Positions 16,174 through 27,254 of a DNA stretch of 64,000 nucleotides are shown piece by piece. How positions within the stretch are numbered: the first letter of the stretch is position 1; each line of letters opens with the position of its first letter. Below the pieces are notes generated by a model. That model had not been told where the DNA came from. It saw only the letters and a program-made list of their open reading frames with translations, and made no database searches. The stretch is taken from NCBI GenBank assembly GCA_963838925.1, contig CAWISW010000002.1, forward strand, positions 288,001-352,000. Direction: 5' to 3'. The translations under genes and the position numbers were made by a program. The stretch is from an uncultured Nitrososphaerota archaeon. GTDB lineage: Archaea; Thermoproteota; Nitrososphaeria; Nitrososphaerales; Gagatemarchaeaceae.

Positions 16174-18921
16174 ATGACGGGCGGCGAAAAATCATTCGAT
16201 TTTGCCGTTGACAGGCTCGAGACCTACAAGGGCAGGGCGGACTTCTACAACCTTCGGAAGGTCTCTGAGAGGGGGCACGACCTAAGCCGTCTCCCCTTCT
16301 CCATCAAGATCCTCCTCGAGAACGCCATACGCCACTCCAAGTCGGTGGGGGGCGCGACCGAGGCGGCAAATCGCCTTCTCGAGTGGCCGAGGACCATCGG
16401 CTCCGAGTTCCCGTTCGTGCCCTACAGGGTCCTGCTCCAAGATTACACCGGCGTCCCGCTGATCGTGGACCTGGCCGCGATGCGCGACGCGATGTCAAGG
16501 CGCGGAAAGGACCCGGGGAAGATCAACTCCATCGCGCCCATCGACCTTGTCATCGACCACTCCGTGCAGGTGGACAGGTGGGGGAGCAGCCTCGCGTTCG
16601 AATACAACATCGAGAAGGAGTACGAGCGGAACTCCGAGAGGTACGCCCTGCTCAAGTGGGCGCAAGACTCCTTCGCGAACATGAGGGTCTTCCCTCCGGG
16701 GAAGGGGATATGCCACCAGGTCAACCTGGAGTACCTCTCGACCGTCGTGGCGGTGGGGGAGAAGGACGGGAGGAGGTTCGTCTGCCCCGACACCGTGGTC
16801 GGGACGGACTCCCACACGCCGATGGTCAACGGCCTGGGGGTGTTGGGGTGGGGGGTCGGAGGCATGGAGGCGGAGGCCGCGATGCTAGGCGAGCCGTGCC
16901 ACATCCCGATCCCGAGGGTGGTGGGGGTGAAGCTCAAGGGCGAGCTGCAGGAGGGCGCGACGACAACCGACCTGGTGCTCGCGGTCACCGAGCTCCTTAG
17001 AAGGAAGAACGTCGTCGACGCTTTCGTAGAGTACTTCGGCGACGGGTATTGGCGGCTCTCGGTCCCCGACCGAGCCACCCTGGGGAACATGTCGCCGGAA
17101 TACGGTGCGACCGTAGGCCTTTCACCAGCGGACAGCGTTACCATGCGATACCTCTTCGACACCGGAAGGGACGAAGCACAAATCAAGATGGCGGAGGAGT
17201 ACCTTAAGCTCCAGGGGCTCTTCTTCACGCCGGAGTCGCCTGACCCGCGCTACTCGGAGGTCCTCGAGGTAGACATGTCGAAGATCGAGCCGTCTGTCGC
17301 GGGCCCTAGGAACCCAGAGGAGAGGCGCGCCTTGAGAGACGTCCCATCGCTGGCGAGGTCCCTTGCTGCGGACCAGGCGCGGGCTCGCAAGGGGGGCTCT
17401 CGGACACCTGAGAAAGGCTCCGCTGAGGGGGTCGCCTTGGAGCTCGGGCGCCAGCTCGCCCTGCAGGAGAGCGGGCCCGGTCAGAGTGCTGAGGGCCTCG
17501 CCGACGGCTCCGTCATAATAGCCGCGATAACCAGCTGCACCAACACCTCGAACCCGACCGTGATGATCGGGGCGGCCCTCCTTGCGCGAAACGCGGTCCG
17601 GAAAGGCCTCTCCCCGAAGCCGTTCGTGAAGTGCAGCCTCGCTCCAGGCTCCACCGTGGTCGAAGACTACCTCGAGGGGTCGGGCCTCCTGACCTATCTC
17701 GACCAGCTCGGGTTCTACCTCGTAGGATACGGCTGCACCACGTGCATCGGCAACAGCGGCCCGCTCTCTCCCGCTGTGGAGAGCGCGATAAACAGGGGGG
17801 ACCTTTACGTCGTCGCGGCGCTGAGCGGCAACAGGAACTTCGACGGGCGGATCAACCCGCTCGCCAAGGGGGCATTTCTGATGTCGCCGATGCTCGTCGT
17901 CGCGTACGCCCTCGTCGGCAACATCGACTTTGACTTCTTCAGCCAGCCGCTGGGCATAGGGAAGGACGACGGCAAGCCGGTCTTCCTGAAAGACCTCTGG
18001 CCGAGCCTGAAGGAGATCAAGGAGGTGGCGGAAAGGTCGCTGAGCCGAGACCTCTACAAGAGGCGATACGCGGACGCGCTGGTCGGGGACGAGAAGTGGG
18101 AGGGGCTTTCATCGAAGTCAAGCGCCACATTCCCGTGGGACGAGTCGTCCACGTACGTGAAGAACCCTCCGTGGTTCGCATCCTCGAGGCGAGCGCAGCC
18201 CGGGAAGGGCGCGCACGATGACATTGACGGGGCGAGGGTTCTGGCGGTCTTCGAGGACAAGATAACGACGGACCACATCTCGCCTGCGGGGATGATACCC
18301 GCCGACAGCCCGGCGGGCAAGTACCTCATGGAGCAGGGCGTCGACATCGTCCGCTTCAGCACTTACGGGAGCAGGCGCGGAAACCACGAAGTGATGGTAA
18401 GGGGGGGCTTCAGCAACCCGCGCCTCAAGAACCTGCTAGCGGACGGGAAGATCGGCGGCTTTACGAAACACTTCCCCAGCGGAGACCTTCTGACCGTATT
18501 CGACGCCTCGGCCAGGTATTTGGAGCAGAGAGTGCCCCTTCTCATCATCGCGGGAAAGCAGTACGGCGGGGGGAGCTCTCGAGACTGGGCGGCGAAGGCG
18601 CCGAAGCTCCTTGGCGTGAGGGTGGTCGTGGCCGAGAGCTTCGAACGGATTCACCGAAGCAACCTCGTCGCGATGGGAATCCTGCCCTTGGAGTTCGTTC
18701 CGGGTGAGGGGGCGAAGGCGCTCGGCCTGAAAGGTGACGAGGTCTACACCATCGCGGGAATGAGAGGGCTCAAGCCCGGCGCCATCCTCGAGGCGACTGC
18801 AAAGGCGGGGGCGAGGGAGGTGAAGTTCAAGCTCAGGGCGAGGATTGACAACGCAGCCGAGATGGGCTACTTCGAGAGCGGAGGAGTGCTCCCCTACGTC
18901 CTAGGCCGGCTCGCTGGCTAG
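16174..18921 (+). CDS. acnA: Aconitate hydratase AcnA
   Basis: RVLLQDYTGVP, DHSVQ, GICHQVNLE, GTDSHT, Fe-S Cys in ITSCTNTSN and GCTTCIGNSG, TTDHISPAG, GSSRDWAAK. Confidence 0.97.
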   Translation: MTGGEKSFDFAVDRLETYKGRADFYNLRKVSERGHDLSRLPFSIKILLENAIRHSKSVGGATEAANRLLEWPRTIGSEFPFVPYRVLLQDYTGVPLIVDLAAMRDAMSRRGKDPGKINSIAPIDLVIDHSVQVDRWGSSLAFEYNIEKEYERNSERYALLKWAQDSFANMRVFPPGKGICHQVNLEYLSTVVAVGEKDGRRFVCPDTVVGTDSHTPMVNGLGVLGWGVGGMEAEAAMLGEPCHIPIPRVVGVKLKGELQEGATTTDLVLAVTELLRRKNVVDAFVEYFGDGYWRLSVPDRATLGNMSPEYGATVGLSPADSVTMRYLFDTGRDEAQIKMAEEYLKLQGLFFTPESPDPRYSEVLEVDMSKIEPSVAGPRNPEERRALRDVPSLARSLAADQARARKGGSRTPEKGSAEGVALELGRQLALQESGPGQSAEGLADGSVIIAAITSCTNTSNPTVMIGAALLARNAVRKGLSPKPFVKCSLAPGSTVVEDYLEGSGLLTYLDQLGFYLVGYGCTTCIGNSGPLSPAVESAINRGDLYVVAALSGNRNFDGRINPLAKGAFLMSPMLVVAYALVGNIDFDFFSQPLGIGKDDGKPVFLKDLWPSLKEIKEVAERSLSRDLYKRRYADALVGDEKWEGLSSKSSATFPWDESSTYVKNPPWFASSRRAQPGKGAHDDIDGARVLAVFEDKITTDHISPAGMIPADSPAGKYLMEQGVDIVRFSTYGSRRGNHEVMVRGGFSNPRLKNLLADGKIGGFTKHFPSGDLLTVFDASARYLEQRVPLLIIAGKQYGGGSSRDWAAKAPKLLGVRVVVAESFERIHRSNLVAMGILPLEFVPGEGAKALGLKGDEVYTIAGMRGLKPGAILEATAKAGAREVKFKLRARIDNAAEMGYFESGGVLPYVLGRLAG

Positions 18922-18945
18922 GGCTCGGGTCCTTCCAGCTTTTCT

Positions 18946-19161
18946 CTATCTCTGTTTGGTGCCGTTGATGACCCAGAGCACGCCGAAAGCCGCCAAGCCC
19001 AGCATCCCGATGATTCCCAAGGCTTCGATCACCCCGATGGAACCCACGATGGTCCCGGAAGGGGTAGCAAGCGTCTGGATCGCGGTCATGCTTAGAGCCG
19101 CCACTAGGAAGACGAGCGCGACTCCTCCAGCCGCCACCATCCCTTTCTCTGTCGAGTTCAT
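18946..19161 (-). CDS. Small 2-TM membrane protein
   Basis: 71 aa, two hydrophobic helices, TTTTTAT box upstream. Confidence 0.6.
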   Translation of the reverse strand: MNSTEKGMVAAGGVALVFLVAALSMTAIQTLATPSGTIVGSIGVIEALGIIGMLGLAAFGVLWVINGTKQR

Positions 19162-19416
19162 GCTTTCACGGCGCGACTCTGAGGTGCCACCGGGTGGGGG
19201 ATAAAAATCTCACACTTGCACGGATGGCTCAAGCGCTCTCTCCGCGACAGTTCCGGGACCCCCCCGTCGACGGGTCCAAACGCCCAACGGGCCCCCTCAG
19301 ACCCCTCGAAAAATCTTAAATAACTCCGGCAAGCACGCTTTTTTTGGGTCCTTTAGAGTGTATTCTAGACCTATCTTAGGGTCAAATATGGATATGGTTG
19401 GAGGCGCAGCCTTCTA

Positions 19417-19701
19417 ATGCCGACGAAGGCCAAGACGACTAGGGCAAAGAAGAAGGAAGAGGAACTTCCTTTCAAGATAACCGACCACCTGCTCGTGCCG
19501 AAGCACGAGCTCATGCCGCCAGAGGAGGCAGCGGCCATTCTCAAAAAGTACAACGCCTCTCCGCACGAGTTCCCGTTCGTCCTCTCGACCGACCCGGCAG
19601 CAAAGTCGATCGGCGCGAAGGCCGGCGACTTCCTGAAGGTCACGAGGGCGAGCGAGACCGCGGGGACGACGATCTACTACAGGTACGTGGTGGAGGCTTA
19701 G
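19417..19701 (+). CDS. rpo5: RNA polymerase subunit Rpo5 (H)
   Basis: H.LVPKHE....E...ILKKY......P.....DPA...IGAK.GD..K.TR.S.TAG...YYRYVV. Confidence 0.97.
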   Translation: MPTKAKTTRAKKKEEELPFKITDHLLVPKHELMPPEEAAAILKKYNASPHEFPFVLSTDPAAKSIGAKAGDFLKVTRASETAGTTIYYRYVVEA

Positions 19702-19704
19702 AAT

Positions 19705-22700
19705 TTGGCGACTACAACAAGGCAGCTTGACTCATGGGCAGTTCTGCGCGACATCCTCCAAAAGGAGGGAGTAGCAAGGCAGCACCTCAACAGCTACAAC
19801 GAGTTCATAGCGAAGGGGCTCCAGTCGATCATCGACGAGATAGGTGAGACCGAGATCGAGACGGTCAGCACGCCCTACAAGGTGAAGTTCGGGAGGGTGG
19901 AGCTCGGAAGGCCGAGGATCGTCGAGATCGACGGCTCCGTCAGCAACATCTTCCCGATGGAGGCGCGCCTGAGGAACCTCTCGTACTCATCGCCCATCTA
20001 CCTCGATATGACTATCGAGGAGGAAGGGATGTCCCGCGAGGCCACCCGCCAGCACGTAGGCGACCTGCCGGTCATGGTCAAGTCCGACCTGTGCCAGCTC
20101 TCAAAGATGACGAAGGAACAGCTGGTGATGTCCGGAGAAGACCCGAACGACCCAGGAGGGTACTTCATCATCAACGGCTCAGAGAGGGTGATCGTCGGGC
20201 TGGAGGACCTCTCCCCCAACAAGATCCTCGTCGACCTCGAGAAGGTCGGCGCGGTAGCCACCTACAAGGCCAGGGTCTACTCTTCTGTGGTGGGCTACAG
20301 GTCTAAGCTAGAGGCGACCCTCAAGCAGGACGGCTCCATCAACGTGAAGGTGCCAAGCTGCCCGATCGACATCCCGTTCGTGATAGTCATGCGCGCGCTC
20401 GGCTTCAAGTCCGACAAGGACATCGCCAACGCGGTCTCACCCAAGCCTGAGATACAGGACCTCCTCGAGGTCTCCTTCGACAAGGCCAACGAGGCCCCCA
20501 CCGAGAAGGACGCGCTCGTCTACATCGGGAACAGGGTCGCCCACGGCATGCTCGAAGAGTACAGGATCAAGCGCGCCCTTTCCATGCTGGACTGGGGGTT
20601 CCTCCCGCACCTCGGCAAGTCCGACGACAAGAGGTACGACAAGGCCATGTTCCTCGGCGAGGCGGTCTGCAAGCTGCTAGAGCTGAGGCTGGGCTGGATA
20701 GAGGCAGACGACAAGGACCACTACGGCAACAAGGTAATCAAGTTCGCTGGGCAGATGCTCGCGGACCTCTTCCGCACCTCCTTCAGGAACCTCGTGCGCG
20801 ACATGAAGTACCAGCTCGAAAGGGCCGGCCAGAAGAGGGGCGGGAACGTGGTCGGGGCCGCCATCAGGACCGGCATCATCACGGACAAGCTGAACAACGC
20901 CATCGCGACGGGCAACTGGGGACGAGGGAAGGTCGGAGTGACGCAGCTCCTCGACCGGACCAACTACCTGAGCACCCTCTCGCACCTCAGAAGGATCCAG
21001 TCTCCGCTCAGCAGGTCGCAGCCCAACTTCGAGGCCAGAGACCTCCACGCGACGCACTTCGGACGGGTCTGCCCGTCCGAGACGCCTGAGGGCGTGAACT
21101 GCGGTCTAGTCAAGAACCTGGCGCTCTCCGCCACCATCTCGGTCAGCGTCCCGCCGGCAGAGGTGGAGGAGCGATTGTGGGAGCTCGGGGCCAAGTCAAT
21201 CCGGGACATCCCGGAGAAGCTCGCGCTCGACGGCTGCAAGATATTCATGGACGGGAGGTTCATCGGCTACGTAGACGACGGGGAGAGGCTCGCCAAGGCC
21301 TTCAGGAAGCTCCGAAGAGAGGGCCAGATCCACCCCAGCGCCAGCGTGATGTACTACGAGGCCACCAACAAGAAGGGCTACTCCCGCCTCTACATCAGCC
21401 TCAGCGCAGGAAGGGTCATCCGCCCGCTCATCGTCGTCGAGAACGCAAGGCCACTCCTGACGCAGGAGATGGTCGGCAAGATCGCTGCGAACGAGCTGAC
21501 GTGGAGAGACGTCGTCGAGAGGGGCATCATCGAGATGCTCGACGCGAACGAGGAGGAGAACTGCCTCGTGGCGATGTCACCGGAGGAGGCCACCACAAAG
21601 CACACGCACCTCGAGCTCTACCCGGGAGCCATGTTCGGCATCGCGGCATCGATCATCCCGTACCCAGAGCACAACCAGTCGCCCAGGAACACCTACGAGT
21701 CGGCAATGGCGAAGCAGAGCCTGGGGTTCTCGACTCCGACCTTCCCGCTCTCGACCTTCGTGAGGCAGCACCTACTGGTGAACCCGCAGTCCCCGATGGT
21801 CCGCACGAAGAGCACCGAGCTGCTCAACATCGACGAGAGGCCGTTCGGCACCAACGCGGTGGTCGCAGTCCTATCGTTCGAGGGCTACAACATAGAGGAC
21901 GCCATCGTCATGAACAAGTCCAGCATCGAGCGCGGATTCGCACGCTCCTTCTTCTACAGGCTCTATGAGGCGGAGTCCAAGCAATACCTGGGCGGGATGA
22001 GGGACACCTTCGAGGTCCCCTCGGCAGAGTCCAACATCAGGGGCTACAGGGGCGAGAAGTTCTACCGCCTCCTCGAAGCCGACGGCGTCGTGATGCACGA
22101 GGCCACAGTCACCGGCGGCGACGCCGTGATCGGAAGGACGAGCCCACCGCGCTTCATGGAGGAGTACAAGGAGTTCGAGATCAAGGGGCCCTACAGGCGA
22201 GACACTTCCGTCGCCGTGAGGCCGACCGAGACCGGGACCGTCGACTCTGTGTTCATGACCGAGAACGTAGAGGGCGGGAAGATGTTCAAGGTCAGGGTCC
22301 GCGACATGAGGACTCCTGAGATCGGCGACAAGTTCGCGTCACGCCACGGGCAGAAGGGAGTGTGCGGGCTGGTCGTCCCACAGGAGGACATGCCTTATAC
22401 TGCGGACGGGGTAGTGCCCGACGTCATCATCAACCCACACGCGTTCCCTTCGAGAATGACCGTAGGCCAGTTCATCGAGTCCATCTCCGGCAAGGCAGCG
22501 TCGCTGAGGGGCTTCTCGGCGGACGGCACCGCCTTCGCGGGAGAGACCCCGGAGGAGATGAGCAAGATCCTCGTCGAGAGAGGGTTCGAGTCCACGGGGA
22601 GGGAGATCATGTACGACGGAAAGACCGGCAGGAAGTTCGCCGTCGACATCTTCATCGGCGTCGTCTACTACCAGAAGCTGCACCACATGGTGGCCGACAA

Positions 22701-23061
22701 GATCCACGCAAGAGCGAGGGGACAGGTCCAGATGCTTACCAAGCAGCCCACCGAGGGCAGGGCTCGCGGAGGCGGTCTGAGGTTCGGCGAGATGGAGAGG
22801 GACTGCCTGATCGCGTACGGAGCGTCGATGGTCCTCAAGGACAGGCTCCTCGACGAGGCCGACAAGACCGAGATCAACATCTGCGAAAAGTGCGGCCTCA
22901 TCGCATACTACGACGCGAAGCAGCGCAAGTACGCCTGCAAGATCGACGGTGACCAGGCCAAGATATCGACCGTGGTCGTGGCGTACGCGTTCAAGCTCCT
23001 GCTCCAGGAGATGATGAGCCTGAACATCGCGCCCCGCCTGAGGCTGAAGGACGCGGTGTAG
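19705..23061 (+). CDS. rpo2: RNA polymerase subunit Rpo2 (B, unsplit)
   Basis: DPGGYFIINGSERV, CPSETPEG.NCGLVKNL, GDKFASRHGQKG, INPHAFPSRMT, GGLRFGEMERD. Confidence 0.99.
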   Translation: MATTTRQLDSWAVLRDILQKEGVARQHLNSYNEFIAKGLQSIIDEIGETEIETVSTPYKVKFGRVELGRPRIVEIDGSVSNIFPMEARLRNLSYSSPIYLDMTIEEEGMSREATRQHVGDLPVMVKSDLCQLSKMTKEQLVMSGEDPNDPGGYFIINGSERVIVGLEDLSPNKILVDLEKVGAVATYKARVYSSVVGYRSKLEATLKQDGSINVKVPSCPIDIPFVIVMRALGFKSDKDIANAVSPKPEIQDLLEVSFDKANEAPTEKDALVYIGNRVAHGMLEEYRIKRALSMLDWGFLPHLGKSDDKRYDKAMFLGEAVCKLLELRLGWIEADDKDHYGNKVIKFAGQMLADLFRTSFRNLVRDMKYQLERAGQKRGGNVVGAAIRTGIITDKLNNAIATGNWGRGKVGVTQLLDRTNYLSTLSHLRRIQSPLSRSQPNFEARDLHATHFGRVCPSETPEGVNCGLVKNLALSATISVSVPPAEVEERLWELGAKSIRDIPEKLALDGCKIFMDGRFIGYVDDGERLAKAFRKLRREGQIHPSASVMYYEATNKKGYSRLYISLSAGRVIRPLIVVENARPLLTQEMVGKIAANELTWRDVVERGIIEMLDANEEENCLVAMSPEEATTKHTHLELYPGAMFGIAASIIPYPEHNQSPRNTYESAMAKQSLGFSTPTFPLSTFVRQHLLVNPQSPMVRTKSTELLNIDERPFGTNAVVAVLSFEGYNIEDAIVMNKSSIERGFARSFFYRLYEAESKQYLGGMRDTFEVPSAESNIRGYRGEKFYRLLEADGVVMHEATVTGGDAVIGRTSPPRFMEEYKEFEIKGPYRRDTSVAVRPTETGTVDSVFMTENVEGGKMFKVRVRDMRTPEIGDKFASRHGQKGVCGLVVPQEDMPYTADGVVPDVIINPHAFPSRMTVGQFIESISGKAASLRGFSADGTAFAGETPEEMSKILVERGFESTGREIMYDGKTGRKFAVDIFIGVVYYQKLHHMVADKIHARARGQVQMLTKQPTEGRARGGGLRFGEMERDCLIAYGASMVLKDRLLDEADKTEINICEKCGLIAYYDAKQRKYACKIDGDQAKISTVVVAYAFKLLLQEMMSLNIAPRLRLKDAV

Positions 23062-23083
23062 AGCGGGTTTTTGGTGAAATAAG

Positions 23084-26000
23084 ATGGCCATGCAAGAAGC
23101 TCTAAGAACGATTCGCGCAATCGACTTCGCCCTGCTCTCGCCGACCGAGATACGCAAGTACTCAGTCGCGGAGATCACGCAACCCGAGACCTACGACGAG
23201 GACGGCATGCCGGTACAGGGCGGCCTCATGGACTCTAGGCTCGGTACCCTCGAGCCCGGACAAAAGTGCGGGACTTGCGGGAACACCGCCTCGAGGTGCC
23301 CCGGTCACTTCGGGCACATCGAGCTCGCAGAGTCGGTCCTCCACATGGCGTTCGTTGGGGACATCAACAAGATGATCCAGGCCACCTGCAGGACCTGCGG
23401 CAGGATCCTCCTCGCCCAGCAGGAGCTAGACGCTTACAGGGTGCGCCTCCAGAACATCACCGAGTTCACCCCCACCATGAAGGAGGAGATAGCGAAGGAG
23501 ATCCTCACAAAGGCGAAGAAGGTCAAGCTGTGTCCGCACTGCGGGAAGCAGCAGTACCAGATCGAGCTAACAAAGCCGACCATCTTCCACGAGATCACCG
23601 AGGAAGGCGGAGCCACGAGGCTCCTACCGGGCGCGATAAGGGAGCGCCTCGAGAGGATAACGAACGAGGACATCGAGCTGCTGGGCTACAACCCCAGGGT
23701 GGCGCGGCCAGAGTGGTTCGTGCTGCAAGTGCTCCCAGTCCCTCCGCTCACCGTCAGGCCATCAATCACGCTAGAATCCGGCATCAGGTCAGAGGACGAC
23801 CTCACGCACAAGATAGTGGACATCCTCCGTGTCAACCAGAGGGTCAGGGAGGCGAAGGAGTCGGGGACGCCGCACCTCATCGTCCAAGACCTGGTCGACC
23901 TTCTCCACTACCACGTCACCACCTACTTCGACAACGAGGTATCTGGCATCCCGCAGGCTCACCACCGCTCAGGAAGGCCACTGAAGACCCTCAGCCAGAG
24001 GCTGAAGGGGAAGGAGGGCAGGTTCAGGGGCTCGCTCTCGGGCAAGAGGGTCGACTTCTCGAGCAGGACGGTCATCAGCCCCGACCCCAGCCTGGACATC
24101 GCCGAGGTGGGGATACCATTCGAGGTAGCGAAGAAGCTCACCATCCCAGAGAAGGTCTCGGGCTGGAACATGGAGTCGCTCAAGAAGCTGGTCGTCACGG
24201 GGCCGTTCGATCACCCTGGCGCCAACTACGTGATCCGCCCCGACGGCGTCAAGATCAGGCTTGACTTTGCAAGCGACAGGAAGGCGCTCGCCGACTCCCT
24301 CGCCGCGGGATACATCGTCGAGAGGCACCTGATGGACGGAGACATCGTCCTCTTCAACAGGCAGCCGTCGCTCCACAGGATGTCGGTCATGGCGCACACG
24401 GTGCGCGTACTCCCATACAGGACCTTCAGGCTCCACCCGTCCGTCTGTCCTCCCTACAACGCGGACTTCGACGGCGACGAGATGAACCTCCACGTCCCCC
24501 AGAGCGAGGAGTCACGATCTGAGGCCCTCATGCTCATGCGGGTCCAGGACCAGATCCTCTCGCCAAGGTACGGCGGTCCGATCATCGGCGCGATCAGGGA
24601 CTTCCTCACGGGGGCGTACCTCCTCACCAGAGAGGAGACGATGCTCACACCGGACCAGTTCTCCAACCTCGCGCTCCAGGGAGGATTCACAGGCGACCTC
24701 CCCGAGCCGAAGACCAAGGGCGCCAACCCGCTCTACACGGGCAAGCAGCTCTTCTCGCTCTTCCTCCCCAAGGACATGAACCTCGTCCTCACGTCGAAGT
24801 GGGGCAAGGCCAAGACCGGGCAGGGGAACGACGTCGTCATCAAGGACGGGGAGCTCATATCGGGAGTCATCGACAAGGCCGCCATCGGGGCAGAGGAGCC
24901 AGACAGCCTTCTCCACCGGGTCCTGAAGGACTATGGGAACGACGAGGCGAGGCGCTTCCTCAACTCCATCCTCTCCGTCCTCAAGGAGTACATCACTAGG
25001 CGCGGCTTCAGCTACGGGTACGACGAGCTCAAGCTATCTGAGGACGCGATGGGGAAGATCGCAGAGACCCTCAAGGAGGCCTACGACAACTGCACCGACC
25101 TCATCAAGAAGTACAAGAATGGAACTCTTCCGCTGACCAGAGGCCTCTCGCCGGAGGGCTCGCTCGAGTTCTACGTCGTGAACGAGCTGTCAAAGGCCAG
25201 AGACCGGGCGGGCAGGATAGCAGACCGGTCGTTCTCAACCGAGAACTCAGGGGTCATCATGGCACGCACAGGGGCGAGGGGCTCGAGCCTCAACCTCGGG
25301 CAGATGACCGCGGCCCTAGGACAGCAGTCAGTCAGAGGGAAGAGGATCGAGAAGGGCCTCCGCGGGAGGTCGCTCAGCCACTTCCCCGTCGGCGACCTGG
25401 CGCCAGAGGCGAAGGGCTTCGTCAAGAGGAACTACCGCGACGGGCTGACCCCGACCGAATTCTTCTTTCACGCGATGGGAGGCAGAGAGGGGCTCGTCGA
25501 CACGGCCGTCAGGACGCAGCAGAGCGGCTACATGCAGAGGAGGCTCGTCAACGCGATGGAGCACCTCCGCGTCGAATACGACTTTACAGTTCGGGACCCG
25601 ACCGGCAACGTCATCCAGTTCCTCTACGGAGAGGACGGCATCGACCCCGCCAAGTCCGACCACGGCAGGCCCGTCAACCTCGACAGGGTCATCGGCTCTG
25701 CCGAGCTGACCGACCACTCGCGCGCCAAGTTCGGCGAGAAGGAGGCTGTAGCGATCCTCGCAAAGTACGAGAGCAAGCTCAACGGCCGCCTCTTCAAGGA
25801 GCTGGGCCAGAGGCTCGCCGACTCCAACCTCACCGAGGACGGCGTGAAGAACGTCATCGACAGGGTCATGGAGTCGATAGAATACGCGACCGTGGAGCCT
25901 GGAGAGGCCTCTGGCATAGTGGCCGCCCAATCCATCGGGGAGCCGGGCACTCAGATGACTCTCAGGACCTTCCACTTCGCAGGCGTGAAGGAGCGCGACG

Positions 26001-26866
26001 TGACACTGGGCCTCCCGAGGCTCATGGAGCTCGTCGACGCGCGCAAGATACCGGCGAAGCCTTCGATGGACGTGTACCTCGACGAGGGATACAAGAACTC
26101 GAAGGAGAAGGCCGTCAAGGTCGCCAACGACATCCTCTTCACGAGGATCGGGAACGTCGTCGACTACAGCGAGGTGGACCCGACCGAGGGCATCAAGCTG
26201 CACCTGAACGAGGCGATGCTCGCGGAGAGGGACGTGAAGGCGGAGGACGTCGCCGAGGCCATGGAGACGGGCAAGAGGAACGCCCAACTTGAGCGCGGAG
26301 GGAAGGTCATCAGGGTCAACGTCGAGAACGCCGACCTGTCGACGCTCTTCACGCTGAGGAACAAGCTGATGAACATGAAGCTGAAGGGCATCCCCGGCAT
26401 CACCAGAGTCACGGTCGTCCAGGAGAACGACGAGTGGGTCATCCAGACCGCCGGCTCGAACCTGGCGAAGGTGATCGCCGTGCCGGGCGTGGACACCAAG
26501 AGGATCACCACCAACAACATCCACGAGGTCGCGCAGGTCCTCGGCATCGAGGCGGCTCGCGCCACCCTCATCAGGGAGGTCATGGGCACCCTCGACGAGC
26601 AGGGCCTCGAGGTCGACGTCAGGCACATCTTCCTGGTCGCCGACCTTATGACGTCGAAGGGCTACCTCCAGCAGATAGGCAGGCACGGCATCGCCGGCAC
26701 CAAGACCTCCGTCCTGGCAAGGGCGGCCTTCGAGATCACGGTCCCGACGCTAGCCGAGGCGGCCATCTACGGCGAGACGGAGGAGCTAAAAGGGGTCACG
26801 GAGAACGTCATCGTCGGTCTGCCGATACCCGTAGGCACGGGCATCGTCGACCTCTACATGGGCTAG
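23084..26866 (+). CDS. rpo1: RNA polymerase subunit Rpo1 (A' and A'' in one ORF)
   Basis: CPGHFGHIEL, catalytic YNADFDGDEMN, GGREGLVDTA, then A''-type AQSIGEPGTQMTLRTFH and GVTENVIVG in the same frame. Confidence 0.99.
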   Translation: MAMQEALRTIRAIDFALLSPTEIRKYSVAEITQPETYDEDGMPVQGGLMDSRLGTLEPGQKCGTCGNTASRCPGHFGHIELAESVLHMAFVGDINKMIQATCRTCGRILLAQQELDAYRVRLQNITEFTPTMKEEIAKEILTKAKKVKLCPHCGKQQYQIELTKPTIFHEITEEGGATRLLPGAIRERLERITNEDIELLGYNPRVARPEWFVLQVLPVPPLTVRPSITLESGIRSEDDLTHKIVDILRVNQRVREAKESGTPHLIVQDLVDLLHYHVTTYFDNEVSGIPQAHHRSGRPLKTLSQRLKGKEGRFRGSLSGKRVDFSSRTVISPDPSLDIAEVGIPFEVAKKLTIPEKVSGWNMESLKKLVVTGPFDHPGANYVIRPDGVKIRLDFASDRKALADSLAAGYIVERHLMDGDIVLFNRQPSLHRMSVMAHTVRVLPYRTFRLHPSVCPPYNADFDGDEMNLHVPQSEESRSEALMLMRVQDQILSPRYGGPIIGAIRDFLTGAYLLTREETMLTPDQFSNLALQGGFTGDLPEPKTKGANPLYTGKQLFSLFLPKDMNLVLTSKWGKAKTGQGNDVVIKDGELISGVIDKAAIGAEEPDSLLHRVLKDYGNDEARRFLNSILSVLKEYITRRGFSYGYDELKLSEDAMGKIAETLKEAYDNCTDLIKKYKNGTLPLTRGLSPEGSLEFYVVNELSKARDRAGRIADRSFSTENSGVIMARTGARGSSLNLGQMTAALGQQSVRGKRIEKGLRGRSLSHFPVGDLAPEAKGFVKRNYRDGLTPTEFFFHAMGGREGLVDTAVRTQQSGYMQRRLVNAMEHLRVEYDFTVRDPTGNVIQFLYGEDGIDPAKSDHGRPVNLDRVIGSAELTDHSRAKFGEKEAVAILAKYESKLNGRLFKELGQRLADSNLTEDGVKNVIDRVMESIEYATVEPGEASGIVAAQSIGEPGTQMTLRTFHFAGVKERDVTLGLPRLMELVDARKIPAKPSMDVYLDEGYKNSKEKAVKVANDILFTRIGNVVDYSEVDPTEGIKLHLNEAMLAERDVKAEDVAEAMETGKRNAQLERGGKVIRVNVENADLSTLFTLRNKLMNMKLKGIPGITRVTVVQENDEWVIQTAGSNLAKVIAVPGVDTKRITTNNIHEVAQVLGIEAARATLIREVMGTLDEQGLEVDVRHIFLVADLMTSKGYLQQIGRHGIAGTKTSVLARAAFEITVPTLAEAAIYGETEELKGVTENVIVGLPIPVGTGIVDLYMG

Positions 26867-26885
26867 AAAATCGAGTTGGTTTGAG

Positions 26886-27254
26886 ATGGTCACAAAAGCT
26901 AAAGCGACTGCAGCAGCGACCGACCAGCAGGTCCTAGCCCGGGTCATCAAGGAGGCCCTGAAGACGGGCAAGTTCACCATCGGCACGAAAGAGGTGATAT
27001 CAGAGCTCAAGAGCTCGAAGATGGTCATCGCGGCAAGCACAATCTCCGCACTGGGCACCCCAGAGGGCGGCCTCCTCAAGGAAGCCGAGAAGAGCAAGGT
27101 CCCCGTCGTCAAGATCGACAAGTCGTCCGCGCAGCTAGGCAGGCTGATGGGCAAGCCCTTCAGGGTCTCCGCGATATCGCTGCGCGTGGTGGCGGAGGGA
27201 GACTTTAGGCAGCTTGTGGGCACGCCCTCGCAACCCGCAAAGGCAGCAGAGTGA
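26886..27254 (+). CDS. rpl30e: 50S ribosomal protein L30e
   Basis: KTGK..IG.K.V, S.QLG..MGKPFRVSAIS; canonical position after rpo1. Confidence 0.9.
   Translation: MVTKAKATAAATDQQVLARVIKEALKTGKFTIGTKEVISELKSSKMVIAASTISALGTPEGGLLKEAEKSKVPVVKIDKSSAQLGRLMGKPFRVSAISLRVVAEGDFRQLVGTPSQPAKAAE

Noticed and set aside
23084-26866. Fused Rpo1 (A'+A'') as a novelty
   Set aside because: Established trait of Thaumarchaeota and some related lineages; used only as a taxonomic clue.
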